The notes under the pieces are model-generated. The model was not told the origin of the DNA, searched no databases, and saw nothing but the letters and a program-made list of their open reading frames with translations. From Myxococcota bacterium (GTDB taxonomy: Bacteria > Myxococcota_A > Polyangia > Nannocystales > Nannocystaceae), in contig JBCCHT010000018.1 in assembly GCA_039028615.1 (NCBI GenBank), positions 157,153-221,152 on the forward strand: a DNA stretch of 64,000 nucleotides. The letters are read 5' to 3'. How positions within the stretch are numbered: the first letter of the stretch is position 1; every line of letters begins with the position of its first letter. This document shows, piece by piece, positions 19,401-28,811 of the stretch. A program made the position numbers and the translations under genes.

Positions 19401-19512
19401 GGCCGGGTTCGACGAAGCGGGCACGATTGCGCTGCTGGCCGGGGTGTGGGGCTTCGATCCCGCCGACCCGCCGCAGTGGGTGCCGATCGTCGCCGAGCTG
19501 CGCGTCGAGTAG
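16420..19512 (+). CDS. Large lipoprotein, possible glycoside-hydrolase-like architecture
   Basis: Lipobox LCGC; YAAYELLRRLGVRFFHP motif typical of the domain preceding GH20/GH67/DUF4838-type barrels. Confidence 0.65.
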   Translation: MEKTARFSGRLLAAGLLTLCGCHDDPRSGNLPGSVLVVMPDDTDALGERLAGETADYLAKVSDRPVITVPVADASFDRLADIEKLAAHHRAGLVVVLEADRLATEQVDAERMAGLGDWGFALETHEVGSWTNRLEDDEPGATVVLTAGPSALPRQYAAYELLRRLGVRFFHPEHEYVPTHESADLRDLARRPTALHRDGDDYRPDFAWRSWSFHGAHPLEHLEAFSDPEHPIDEAVAVNDWIVKNFGNRFRGAGRGAVPEEARQRRVEELEQWRTTLGFPRGTGISLHNLQQGANAEIDPNSDVPVRDQIESLVGQRLRDRPDAEWFGIHFGPTEFTTTPGPETVQWIDWAGQAALRLKPDIAVEINNHITGTQPTPGFDDLGCPNGTNDDGVIDYYDLAFHTDPRLGIRVHTVMFYPLEGPARVYNQQSFAHKKCLMERASAEGRPLHWFPEGSWWLSFDNSVPAYLPLYMATRARDIELLRPLLKSRGGGTVDEHRMFNSGHEWGYWQQDYVVGLMGWNADVTLPQVLSEIFDPLCEPAAWREGCGAKTEAIAVMDEVMEHQREFFLTREDWQGRPGGLYAYFAGEDEADEIAAASGLEFRPVRVSFSEVLTWDAEQLEHFRQTDLQGLRDAAAAYEGWRARLEAVRARVPEAGQPWLAEVLDGIEIDGLRAAQTAGLYEAVLTYRETELSGEGDPATIAYPHWFGALEVLAQAQRVIMRRESSYRYPAAQTHGGGLTDATAVDNGTTYPYRVHTKTHLLTYWLNRHAQVTRLLVGEGIGGDPVQLELAEALDHTGAPLKLEWPTLEDLTGEIEIGEHRVDPSMLELDLGGTPGYWPVSGQLSSNGSPVVIDAGGVVRSDVLATTPAQGMAVLVPDDPATEGVLASVLPSMRWAWVPEPSALVFAPDADGDGSVSYDSLVHAATASGDASGFSTEPVEIALPVALSSGGETLYITIADAELSGRIEGGVLADPVTLDGQLSVEDVVAAAIELAGFDEAGTIALLAGVWGFDPADPPQWVPIVAELRVE

Positions 19513-19650
19513 GCACGGGCCATAGGCGTCGCCTGGCGCTCGGATCGGGTGAGCGGGGAGGCGGCCGTGCGCGGCCGCTCGGGCCTCGTCGTGTGTGCGG
19601 GCGCAAACCCCACACAGCTGCCCGAGGGTTTGCATTCGCGCCGCATCGCG

Positions 19651-19678
19651 CTAAGTAAATGAGCACTCACTTACTTAG
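19651..19678. promoter_or_regulatory. TetR operator palindrome
   Basis: CTAAGTAAATGAG-CA-CTCACTTACTTAG (13-bp arms, 1 mismatch), AT-rich, 30 bp upstream of tetR; TTGCAT at 19630. Confidence 0.8.
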
Positions 19679-19708
19679 TCCTCCCAGCGATCCCGAAACG
19701 CCGTTCTC

Positions 19709-20323
19709 ATGCGACCTCGCCAATTCACGGACGAAGCGCTGCTCGAAACCGCGCGCCGCTGTTTCCTCGAACAGGGCCCGGGGGTGTCGACCTCGGTCAT
19801 CGCCGCGGAGCTGGGGGTGTCCCAGGCGGCGTTGTTCAAGCGCTTCAAGACCAAGCAGGCGCTGCTGATCGCGGCCCTCGCCCCGCCCGAGATTCCGCCC
19901 TGGGTCGAGGCGGTCATGGCCGGGCCCGACGAGCGCCCCGTGCCCGATCAGCTGCGCTCGATCGTGGAGGGCATCGACGCCTTCTTCTCCGGGATGATCC
20001 CCTCGCTCACCGTGCTGCACGCGGCGGGTCTCGATCCCAAGTGCATGATGGCCGAGTTCGAGGTGCCGCCGCCCACCGCCGCCCATCGGGCGCTCACCGG
20101 TTGGCTCACCGCGCTGCACGACAGCGGGCGCGCCCTCGTGCCCGCGCCCAAATCCACCGCCATGACTTTCCTGGGCACCATCCATGCCCGGCACATGCTC
20201 GGGCACGTCTTGGGTGAGCACGCGCCCCAGACCGAGCCCGAGTTTCTGTCGAACCTGGTCGACCTGATCTGGGCGGGCATCGATCCGTCCCGCTCCCCAT
20301 CCTCCGAAGGAGGTTCGCGATGA
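19709..20323 (+). CDS. TetR/AcrR-family regulator
   Basis: MRPRQFTDEALLETARRCF…IAAELGVSQAALFKRFKTK. Confidence 0.93.
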   Translation: MRPRQFTDEALLETARRCFLEQGPGVSTSVIAAELGVSQAALFKRFKTKQALLIAALAPPEIPPWVEAVMAGPDERPVPDQLRSIVEGIDAFFSGMIPSLTVLHAAGLDPKCMMAEFEVPPPTAAHRALTGWLTALHDSGRALVPAPKSTAMTFLGTIHARHMLGHVLGEHAPQTEPEFLSNLVDLIWAGIDPSRSPSSEGGSR

Positions 20324-21516
20324 AGATCGTCACCCGATTGTTGTTGCCCGGCGTCATCACCCTGTCCGCGGTCGCGGGCGCCGTGATGCTCGTGCAGTCG
20401 GCCGAGTCCGCCGAGCGCGAGCCCCCGGCCGCCGAGGCACCCCTGGTCGAGTACATCCGCGTGCAGCGGGAGTCGGTGCCGCCGCGCCTGCCTGGCACGG
20501 GGGTCGTCGAGCCGGCTCGCGAAGCGATGATCACCCCCGAGCTCTCCGGGCGCATCGTGTACCTGTCGCCGTCGTTGGTGGTGGGCGGTCGCTTCGAGGA
20601 AGGCGAGGTGCTGCTGCGGCTCGACAAGCGCGACTACCAGATCGCGCTGACCCAGCAGCGCTCGCAGGTCGAGCAGGCGAAGGTCGAGCTCGAGCTCGAG
20701 AAGGCCCACGGCAAGGTCGCACGCAAGGAGTGGGAGCTGATGGGCAGCTCCGAGGAGGCCGGCCGCCTGGCGAGCCGCGTGCCGCAGCGCGAGGCGGCCC
20801 AGCTCAAGGTGGACTCGGCCAAGAGCTCGTTGCGACGCTCCAAGATCGACCTCGAGCGCACCACGATTCGGGCGCCCTTCAATGCCACGGTGACCTCCGA
20901 GTCGGTGGAGATCGGCGAGATCGCCAGCCCCGGCGGAGCGGTGGCCACTCTGGTCGGCACCGACGAGCTGCTCGTGCGGGTCTCGGTGCCCGTGGAGTCT
21001 CTGGCCTTGCTCGACATCCCCGGCTACGGCGCGGACGAGGGCTCGGTGGCCATCATCACGCAGCGCCTCGGCCGTCGCGGCACCGTGCAGCGCGAGGGTC
21101 GAGTGATTCGGCTCGTCAACGAGCTCGACCCGGATAGCCGCATGGCGCAGGTGTTGGTGGAGGTGAAGTCTCCGCTCGATCCCCGGCCCGGCGAGCTGCC
21201 CCTTTTGCCCGGGGCCTTCGTCGAAGTGGAACTCTCCGGGGCGCCCGTGCCCGACGTGGTGCCGGTACCCCGTGTCGCCGTATTCGAGGGGCGCCACGTG
21301 TGGGTGATGAACGACGACGAGACCCTCACGCGCCGCGAGCTGACGATCGGCTGGGGTGACGACACCAAGGTCTACGTCACGGCGGGCTTGGCCGAAGGCG
21401 ATCGCATCGTGCTGACCCCACCGTCTCCCGTGCTCGACGGCATGAAGGTCCGAGGGGAAGCGGCGGCCGAAGAGGGCCGCGTCTCCGCCGTCATTCAAGA
21501 CTCGACGCAGGGGTAA
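20320..21516 (+). CDS. RND efflux periplasmic adaptor (MFP)
   Basis: N-terminal TM, lipoyl halves (SGRIV…IRAPFNATV), coiled hairpin, GLAEGDRIV; ATGA overlap with tetR. Confidence 0.92.
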   Translation: MKIVTRLLLPGVITLSAVAGAVMLVQSAESAEREPPAAEAPLVEYIRVQRESVPPRLPGTGVVEPAREAMITPELSGRIVYLSPSLVVGGRFEEGEVLLRLDKRDYQIALTQQRSQVEQAKVELELEKAHGKVARKEWELMGSSEEAGRLASRVPQREAAQLKVDSAKSSLRRSKIDLERTTIRAPFNATVTSESVEIGEIASPGGAVATLVGTDELLVRVSVPVESLALLDIPGYGADEGSVAIITQRLGRRGTVQREGRVIRLVNELDPDSRMAQVLVEVKSPLDPRPGELPLLPGAFVEVELSGAPVPDVVPVPRVAVFEGRHVWVMNDDETLTRRELTIGWGDDTKVYVTAGLAEGDRIVLTPPSPVLDGMKVRGEAAAEEGRVSAVIQDSTQG

Positions 21517-21522
21517 ACCGCC

Positions 21523-24500
21523 ATGGACCAGCGCGACGATCGACCGGAGTCCGCCTCGGCGAGCATGAGTGGTGTCCGTGCCCCGCGTGCCAAGGGCGCG
21601 CTGGCGTGGATGGCCAGCAACTCGGTGGCCGCCAACCTGCTGATGTTCGTGCTCGTGGTGGGCGGCATCCTCGGCGTGGTTCGCACCAAGCAGGAGGTCT
21701 TCCCCGAGTTCTCGCTCGACAACATCACCGTCTCGGTGCCCTATCCCGGCGCGAGCCCGGCCGAGGTCGAGCAGGCGATCTTGCTCGCCATCGAAGAGCG
21801 GGTCCGCGGCCTCGATGGCGTCAAGCGGGTCAAGGGCACCGCGCGCGAGGGCTCGGGCTCGGTCACCGTCGAGCTGTTGCTCGACGCCCAGCCCGACCAG
21901 GTGCTGGCCGACGTCAAGAACGAGGTCGACCGCATCACCACCTTCCCGCAGGAGGCCGAGCAGCCCACGGTCAGCCTGGCCAAGAATAGGCGTCAGGTCA
22001 TCTCGCTGATCCTGTCGGGCGACCAAGATCTACGCACGCTGCACGACCTCGCCGAGGAAGCGCGGCGCGAGCTGCTGGCCTCCGAGGGCGTCACGCAGGT
22101 CGAGCTCGAAGGCGTGCCTCCGCTGGAGATCGCCATCGAGATCTCGCGGGAGACTCTCGAGCAATACGGGCTGACCTTGCAGCAGGTCGCGGCCGAGGTC
22201 TCGGCCGCGTCGCTCGAGCTGCCCGGCGGCGGCATCGATACCGCCAAGGGGGAGATCCTGGTGCGCGTCGCCGATCGGCGCCTGCTGGGGCACGAGCTCG
22301 AGGAGCTGGTGATCCGTGGCACCGCGCGGGGTGGCCAGGTGCGCCTGGGCGACATCGCCAAGATCTCCGACGGCTACGAAGATACCGATCAGTACTCGCT
22401 GTACGACGGGCGCCCCGCGGTGCGGCTCACTGCCTATCGCGTGGGCTCGGAGACGCCGACCTCGGTCGCCGACACCGTGCACGACTACGTCGACCAGCTG
22501 CGCGAACGCGTGCCCGCCGGGGTCCACGTCGACACCTGGCAGGACGACTCCGAGATGCTGCGCGCGCGCATCGACCTGCTGCTGCGCAACGCGGGCATGG
22601 GCCTGGTGCTGGTGCTCGTCACCCTGGCGCTGTTCCTCGACCTGCGGCTCGCCTTCTGGGTGGCGCTGGGCATCCCGATCTCGTTCCTCGGCTCCTTCCT
22701 CATCCTCGGGGGCACCGACCTGTCCATCAACATGATCACCCTGTTCGCGTTCATCGTGACGCTGGGCATGGTGGTCGACGATGCCATCGTGGTGGGTGAA
22801 CGGACCTACGCCAAGATGGACGAGGGGCTCGGGCCGCGGGCGGCTGCCATTGCGGCGGCCAAGGAAATGGCGTCGCCGATCACCTTCGCCATCCTCACCA
22901 CCGTCGCCGCCTTCGCCCCCATGTTCTTCGTGCCGGGCACCATGGGGAAGATCTTCAAGATGATCCCCGCGGTGGTCATCTCGGTGCTGATCCTGTCGCT
23001 CATCGAGTCGTTCTTCGTGCTGCCGGCCCACCTGGCCCACAGCAACGGCGCGAAGCGACTGCCTCGCAAGGGCCTCATCGGTCTCCCCGGTCGGTTCCAA
23101 CGCGGCGTCGCCGGGACCCTCGCCTGGTTCACCCACAGCGTCTATCGGCCCACCGTCGCGGCCATGGTGCGCCAGCGCTACATCACGTTCTCCGTCGCGC
23201 TGGCCACCTTCGTGCTCACCGTCGGCTTCGTCGCCAGCGGTCAGGTGCCCTTCAACTTCTTCCCCAAGCTCGCGGGTGACGTCGTCACCGTGCAGGCGCA
23301 GCTGCCCTACGGCGTGCCCGTCGAGCAGACCGAGAAGATCCGTGCCGAGCTGGCCAAGTCGCTGGCCGCCACCATCGACGAGTTCGGCGACGACGGCATT
23401 CGCGGCGTGTTCACCCGGGTGGGCGAGCAACCGGCGCAGCGCGGCCCGGGTGGGGGCCAGGCCGAGACGGGCAGTCATCTCGTCGCGCTCGAGGTCGCCA
23501 TGGTGCCCTCGGACGAGCGGGACTTCACCGTCGAGGATTTCACCGCCCGCTGGGAAGCGCTCACGCCTCCGCTGCGGAACCTCGATGCGATCACCTTCAA
23601 CAGCTCCACCGGTCCGGGCGCAGGCGAAGCGGTGGCCGTGCAGCTGCTGCACCCCGACACCGAAATCCTCGCCCAGGCCTCCGAAGAGGTCGAAAACGAG
23701 CTGCGCTCCTATCCGGGGCTGCGCAACATCAGCAACGAGTACTCCTCGGGCAAGCCGCAGCTCGACTTTCATCTCGTCGAGCAGGCGCGCTCGTTGTCGC
23801 TGAGCAGCAACGAGGTCGCCGTCCAGCTTCGCTCGCGCTTCTTCGGCGCCGAGGCCATCCGCGAGCAGCGGGGTCGCAACGAGCTCAAGATCATGGTGCG
23901 GCTGCCTCAGGACCAGCGCAGCTCCGAGCACGACCTCGAGTCGCTCATGATCCGCACGCCGCGGGGCTCCCAGGTCCCGCTCCACTACGTCGCCGACTTC
24001 GAGCGGGGCCAGGCCGCGACCGCCATCCGTCGCGAGGACGGCCAGCGCACCATCACCGTGTCCGCCGAGCTCGCCAAGGGCGTCGAGTCCTCGCGGGAGA
24101 TCCTCGCCAACCTCGACGAAGAGGTCTATCCGCGGCTGCGCGAGCAATACCCTGGCCTCACCATCGAGCTCGCCGGGGCGCAGCGCGAGCAAAAAGAGTC
24201 CTTCGAAGCGCTCGGGCAGAGCTACATCTTCGCGCTGTTCATCATCTACGCCCTGCTCGCCGTTCCCTTTCGTAGCTACATCCAGCCCGTCATCATCATG
24301 GCGGTGATCCCCTTCGGCTTCGTCGGGGCCATCCTCGGGCACGTGATCATGGGCTACAGCCTGAGCATCATGAGCATCTTTGGTCTCGTCGCCCTCTCCG
24401 GCGTCGTGGTCAACGACTCGCTGGTGCTCATCGATGCCACCAACCGCGAGCGTCGTGCGGGCAAGTCTGCCTTCGATGCCATCTTGGCGGGTGGCACCAC

Positions 24501-24813
24501 CCGCTTGCGGCCGATCTTGCTGACCTCGCTGACGACCTTCTTCGGCCTCATGCCGATGATGGCCGAGACGTCAGTGCAGGCCCGCTTCCTCATTCCCATG
24601 GCGATCAGCCTCGGGTTCGGCGTGCTGCTGGTGACCTTCATCGTGCTGCTGGTCGTGCCCGCGCTGTACATGATCGTCGAGGACTTCCGCTCGCTCTTCG
24701 GTGAGGTCGACGTGCACGGCGGGGCGGGCGAACAAGCCGAGGCTCCCGCGTGGACGCCCTCTGCGGTGGACGAGGACGCATCCGGGCGCGTGACCGCACC
24801 GCCACGGCAATGA
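21523..24813 (+). CDS. RND efflux permease (AcrB/AcrD/AcrF family)
   Basis: YPGASPAEVE, GMVVDDAIVVGE, GVVVNDSLVL, RLRPILLTSLTT. Confidence 0.95.
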   Translation: MDQRDDRPESASASMSGVRAPRAKGALAWMASNSVAANLLMFVLVVGGILGVVRTKQEVFPEFSLDNITVSVPYPGASPAEVEQAILLAIEERVRGLDGVKRVKGTAREGSGSVTVELLLDAQPDQVLADVKNEVDRITTFPQEAEQPTVSLAKNRRQVISLILSGDQDLRTLHDLAEEARRELLASEGVTQVELEGVPPLEIAIEISRETLEQYGLTLQQVAAEVSAASLELPGGGIDTAKGEILVRVADRRLLGHELEELVIRGTARGGQVRLGDIAKISDGYEDTDQYSLYDGRPAVRLTAYRVGSETPTSVADTVHDYVDQLRERVPAGVHVDTWQDDSEMLRARIDLLLRNAGMGLVLVLVTLALFLDLRLAFWVALGIPISFLGSFLILGGTDLSINMITLFAFIVTLGMVVDDAIVVGERTYAKMDEGLGPRAAAIAAAKEMASPITFAILTTVAAFAPMFFVPGTMGKIFKMIPAVVISVLILSLIESFFVLPAHLAHSNGAKRLPRKGLIGLPGRFQRGVAGTLAWFTHSVYRPTVAAMVRQRYITFSVALATFVLTVGFVASGQVPFNFFPKLAGDVVTVQAQLPYGVPVEQTEKIRAELAKSLAATIDEFGDDGIRGVFTRVGEQPAQRGPGGGQAETGSHLVALEVAMVPSDERDFTVEDFTARWEALTPPLRNLDAITFNSSTGPGAGEAVAVQLLHPDTEILAQASEEVENELRSYPGLRNISNEYSSGKPQLDFHLVEQARSLSLSSNEVAVQLRSRFFGAEAIREQRGRNELKIMVRLPQDQRSSEHDLESLMIRTPRGSQVPLHYVADFERGQAATAIRREDGQRTITVSAELAKGVESSREILANLDEEVYPRLREQYPGLTIELAGAQREQKESFEALGQSYIFALFIIYALLAVPFRSYIQPVIIMAVIPFGFVGAILGHVIMGYSLSIMSIFGLVALSGVVVNDSLVLIDATNRERRAGKSAFDAILAGGTTRLRPILLTSLTTFFGLMPMMAETSVQARFLIPMAISLGFGVLLVTFIVLLVVPALYMIVEDFRSLFGEVDVHGGAGEQAEAPAWTPSAVDEDASGRVTAPPRQ

Positions 24814-25215
24814 CCCACGATCCCGCCAAGCCCGGTCACGGGCCGACGCCGTCGAGTATGCGCTCGAGCGAACACGGCGGAGCTGCGTGAGTCCTCGACG
24901 GACGCGAATCTGCCCTCGTGTCGGGTGCATTGTTTGCCCTCGCCCAGACGACTCCCTTCTCGCGAGGGGCAACTCCCTTCCGTTTCCCCTGAAGGTCTAT
25001 TGGGCTGACCCGCTGCCGCGGCGATGTGGATGTGGTGATGATGGGTTCGTGAACGGTGACCTCCGACTGCGAACCGCTTCGACTCGCGCACTCGCGTGAA
25101 GGAATAGTCGCGCCCCCAACCGCAGTGGACAGGAATTCGGAGACAAAGAAAGGGTGTCCAACCTCGTTCGGGGCACCAGCTACTTGCAGCAGAAGTTCGT
25201 CTCGAGGGGACAACG

Positions 25216-28200
25216 ATGCAGCAAGGGTTACCAAACTCCAATTCTCTATCCGTACTCCATGCATCCATGGCGATGGCGCTCGCCGTGGGGCCGGCGGCGT
25301 TGGGGGCGTGTACGGCCGCGACGGATCTGGACGAAGAGCTGTCCGGGGGGACGAGCTCGCCGATCGATGAGAGCGAAAATCAAGAGCTCCACGCCGAGCC
25401 ACCGAATCCCGAGCCTCAGCTCGACGATGTCGGTCTGGGCATCGGTGGCTTCGCGCTCGATGGCGAGACCAGCTACGACTATGCAGCGCGTGCCTTCACT
25501 CCGGTCGGCGATGTCAATGGGGACGGCATCGACGACTTCGCGGTCGGGGCCCACGGCAACGACGAGGGGGGATCGAGCGCGGGCCATACCTATGTGGTCT
25601 TCGGTCAGAACTCCTTTCCCGCGGGGCCGCTCGATTTGGGCGCGGTCGGGGGCTCGGTGCCCGGCATCTCGTTCATGGGGAGTACCGGCGACGTCTCGGG
25701 CTACGCCATCGGTGGCGGAGGAGACTTCAATGGCGATGGCCTCGCCGACCTGATCGTCGGCGCGCGGGGCCACAACGGCTCCCGGGGGAGCACCTACGTG
25801 ATCTACGGGCACCCTCAGCTGGGGGGCTCGGATGTGCCGCTCTATGCCGTCGAGCTCATGTACGGCACGGGCAACGCCTCGGGGTTGGTGTTTCGGGGCG
25901 AGTCTTCCTCCGACTCCAGCGGCTTCAGTGTGGCCAACGCGGGCGACGTCAACGGCGACGGGCTCGACGATCTCCTGATCGGGGCGCCCTACGCCGACCC
26001 CAACGGCAGCGCGTCGGGTCGCACCTATGTGGTCTTCGGTGGGCAGCACTCGCCGATCGCCGCGTGGGTCGATCTCGATACGGTGGCCCAGGGCAACGGC
26101 GGTGTCGCCATCGACGGTGAGAACGGGTCCGACTATAGCGGGTACACCGTCGATGGAGCGGGTGACGTCAACGGCGACGGCTTTGCCGATGTGCTGATCG
26201 GCGCGCCGTGGGCCGATCCGAACGGCAACTCCTCCGGTCGGACCTACGTCGTCTACGGTGCAGAGGACTTCGGCACGGGCCCGATCTCTTTGGCCGATGT
26301 GGCGGCGGGCCTGGGTGGCTTCGCGCTCGATGGCGAGAACGCCTACGACTACGCGGGCCGAGGCCTCAGCCGCGCGGGTGATGTCGATGGCGATGGCCGG
26401 TCGGACATCCTCGTCGGGGCACCGGGCTACGACGGGCCGTCCTCTGCCAGTGGGCGCAGCTACATCGTCCTCGGTCAGGAAACGGTCGCCGCGAGCCCGA
26501 TCGCGCTGGCCGACATCGTGTCCGGGGCCGGCGGCATCGTGCTCGACGGGATCTCGGGCAACAACGACACCGGGCGAAGTGTCGACGCCCTCGGTGACCT
26601 CAACGGGGACGGTCTCGACGACGTGCTCGTCTCGGCCGATCGGCGCGGCCCCGTGAGCGAGCCACTCGCGGGCACGTCCATGGTCGTCTTCGGTGGTGAT
26701 GACCCCGGCCTCACCACCGAGCCCGGCATTCTCGCTTCCGTCGACGGCGCTTGGGAGGGGGGCTTCACCCTCGAGGGAGAGAACGCGGGCGATCGTGCGA
26801 GCTACGCTCTGAGCGGAATCGGTGACGTCAACGGCGACGGCGTGCCCGACATCGGTGTCGGAGCCCCGTATGCCGATCAAGCGGGCACGAACGCGGGCCG
26901 GGCCTACGTGGCCTTCGGTGACCCGGCGCAAGGGAGCTACCACGTCGGATATAGCCGGAGCCCGCGTGCCGTCGCGGACGAGTACGTCGTTGCGCAAGGG
27001 TCGACGTTGGCGATGGGTGGGCCGGGGTTGCTCGCCAACGACTTCGATGCCGACGGCGATGGGTTCCTGGCCGTGCGCACCAAGTTCACGACGCCCGCTG
27101 GCTCCAATGTTCGGATCGATATCGACGGAGCAATGAGTTTCACGCCGCCCAGTGATCAGTGGTGGGGTCGTGACTCCTTCGAGTACACGATCGAGGACGA
27201 CACGGGCCGTTCGGGCGTCGGTCGGGTCGACGTCGTGGTCTCGCCTACGGCGATCTCGCTCGAGCTGGTCGCGACCGGTCACGGCGGATTCGCCCTCGAT
27301 GGCGCCGAGCCCTTCGATGGTGCGGCGCAGGCCCTCTGTGGTGCGGGAGATATCGATCAGGACGGCTACGACGACCTGCTCCTGGGCGCGTTCGAGGCCG
27401 ACTCACCGCTGACGAGCGCCGGGCAGAGCTATGTGTTCTACGGCGAGGCCAGCACCACGAGCCCCATCGAGCTGGCCATGGCGGCGACCGGGTTCTCTGG
27501 AGAGTCGGCCTTCGACTGGTCGGGCATTGCGGTGTCTCCGGCGGGGGACTTCAACGGCGATGATGTGGACGACTTCCTCATCGGTGCACTGGGGTCGGAC
27601 ACGAACGGGAACCGCTCCGGTCGCAGCTACTTGGTCTTTGGTGATTCGCTGCGTCCCAGCGATCCGCTGGCCACCCTCGATGGAAACAACGGCATCATCT
27701 TCGACGGTGCGGCGGCCGAGGACGACTCGGGCCGTACCGTGGCCAGCGTCGGAGACGTCAATGGCGATGGCTTCGATGACATCGCCATAGCGGCCTATCG
27801 CGCCGACGTCTCCGAGGAGGACGAAGGGCGTGTCTATATCGTCTACGGCACCGACACTGGCTTGGGGCCCTTGCCCGTGCAGCTGTCCGACGTCGGAGTC
27901 TCGGTCCCCGGGTTCGTGATCGAAGGCGAGAGTGCGGGCGATTTCGCCGGCTTCGCGGTCTCGGGAGCGGCCGATTTCGACGGTGATGGTTACGACGACA
28001 TCGTCGTCGGTGCCTACGATGCGCTGCAGACCGTGTGGGGCTCCGGGCGCGCCTACGTCATCTACGGTGGCCCGGCCATCCCTTCGCTGGTGTCGCTCGT
28101 CGACGTGGCCGATCCGACCACCGTGCCCGATCTCGGGATCGCCATCGACGGCGATCCCGACGTGATGTCGACGGCCCGGTCTGTTCAGGTGGCCGGTGAT

Positions 28201-28767
28201 GTCGATGGTGACGGACGGCCGGATCTGCTCATCGGTGCGCCTGCGGCCGACTTCAGTGCCTCCGGGTCGGGTCGCGTGTACCTGATCTCGGGTGGGGCCG
28301 CACTCGAGCCCGGCGCACCTACCATCGCCCTGGCAGACGTGGGGTCGACGGTCGAAGGTGTCACGTTCGATGGGGAGGCCGAGCTCGATGGGGCTGGCGC
28401 GTCGCTCATCGCCCTGGGCGACGTCAACGCGGATGGTTTCGACGACTTCGCCATTGGAGCACCCCTCGCGTCGTCGGCCACCATGTTCGCCTCGGGCCGT
28501 GGCTACGTGGTGCTGGGTCGACCCGACTTCGACCTCACGCCGTCGGTTGCGCTCGAGGACATCGCCGCGGGTGTCGGCGGGTTCGCGCTCGACGGTGAGA
28601 TTTCGTTCGACTCCGCGGGTCACTCGGTGGGCGCGGCGGGAGACGTCAATCGAGATGGGTATCCCGACATCGTGATCGGGGCGTTCAACGGTGGTCCGGC
28701 CGCGGAGGGTCGTGCCTACGTCATCTACGGCGGTGACTTCATTCAAACCCCGGCGTCCACGCTCTGA
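25216..28767 (+). CDS. FG-GAP (integrin-alpha-like) repeat lipoprotein: 7 repeats, Ig/cadherin-like domain, 7 repeats
   Basis: Lipobox LGAC; 14 G-D-x-[ND]-x-D-G-x-x-D-x-x-x-GA units; central PRAVADEY…LLANDFDADGD…DSFEYTIED domain. Confidence 0.9.
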   Translation: MQQGLPNSNSLSVLHASMAMALAVGPAALGACTAATDLDEELSGGTSSPIDESENQELHAEPPNPEPQLDDVGLGIGGFALDGETSYDYAARAFTPVGDVNGDGIDDFAVGAHGNDEGGSSAGHTYVVFGQNSFPAGPLDLGAVGGSVPGISFMGSTGDVSGYAIGGGGDFNGDGLADLIVGARGHNGSRGSTYVIYGHPQLGGSDVPLYAVELMYGTGNASGLVFRGESSSDSSGFSVANAGDVNGDGLDDLLIGAPYADPNGSASGRTYVVFGGQHSPIAAWVDLDTVAQGNGGVAIDGENGSDYSGYTVDGAGDVNGDGFADVLIGAPWADPNGNSSGRTYVVYGAEDFGTGPISLADVAAGLGGFALDGENAYDYAGRGLSRAGDVDGDGRSDILVGAPGYDGPSSASGRSYIVLGQETVAASPIALADIVSGAGGIVLDGISGNNDTGRSVDALGDLNGDGLDDVLVSADRRGPVSEPLAGTSMVVFGGDDPGLTTEPGILASVDGAWEGGFTLEGENAGDRASYALSGIGDVNGDGVPDIGVGAPYADQAGTNAGRAYVAFGDPAQGSYHVGYSRSPRAVADEYVVAQGSTLAMGGPGLLANDFDADGDGFLAVRTKFTTPAGSNVRIDIDGAMSFTPPSDQWWGRDSFEYTIEDDTGRSGVGRVDVVVSPTAISLELVATGHGGFALDGAEPFDGAAQALCGAGDIDQDGYDDLLLGAFEADSPLTSAGQSYVFYGEASTTSPIELAMAATGFSGESAFDWSGIAVSPAGDFNGDDVDDFLIGALGSDTNGNRSGRSYLVFGDSLRPSDPLATLDGNNGIIFDGAAAEDDSGRTVASVGDVNGDGFDDIAIAAYRADVSEEDEGRVYIVYGTDTGLGPLPVQLSDVGVSVPGFVIEGESAGDFAGFAVSGAADFDGDGYDDIVVGAYDALQTVWGSGRAYVIYGGPAIPSLVSLVDVADPTTVPDLGIAIDGDPDVMSTARSVQVAGDVDGDGRPDLLIGAPAADFSASGSGRVYLISGGAALEPGAPTIALADVGSTVEGVTFDGEAELDGAGASLIALGDVNADGFDDFAIGAPLASSATMFASGRGYVVLGRPDFDLTPSVALEDIAAGVGGFALDGEISFDSAGHSVGAAGDVNRDGYPDIVIGAFNGGPAAEGRAYVIYGGDFIQTPASTL

Positions 28768-28811
28768 GGGTCGCTCCCAGCTTCAATCCACAACAGAAAC
28801 GACATCGAGCC

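Noticed and set aside
24900..24960. GGGCAAAC on the minus strand suggesting a c-di-GMP-I riboswitch
   Set aside because: No following GNRA-capped stem or GACGCAAAG segment, and it is not oriented toward a gene start.
25172..25187. Sigma54-like GGCAC…TTGC before the FG-GAP gene
   Set aside because: GG-to-GC spacing is 12 nt rather than the required 10.
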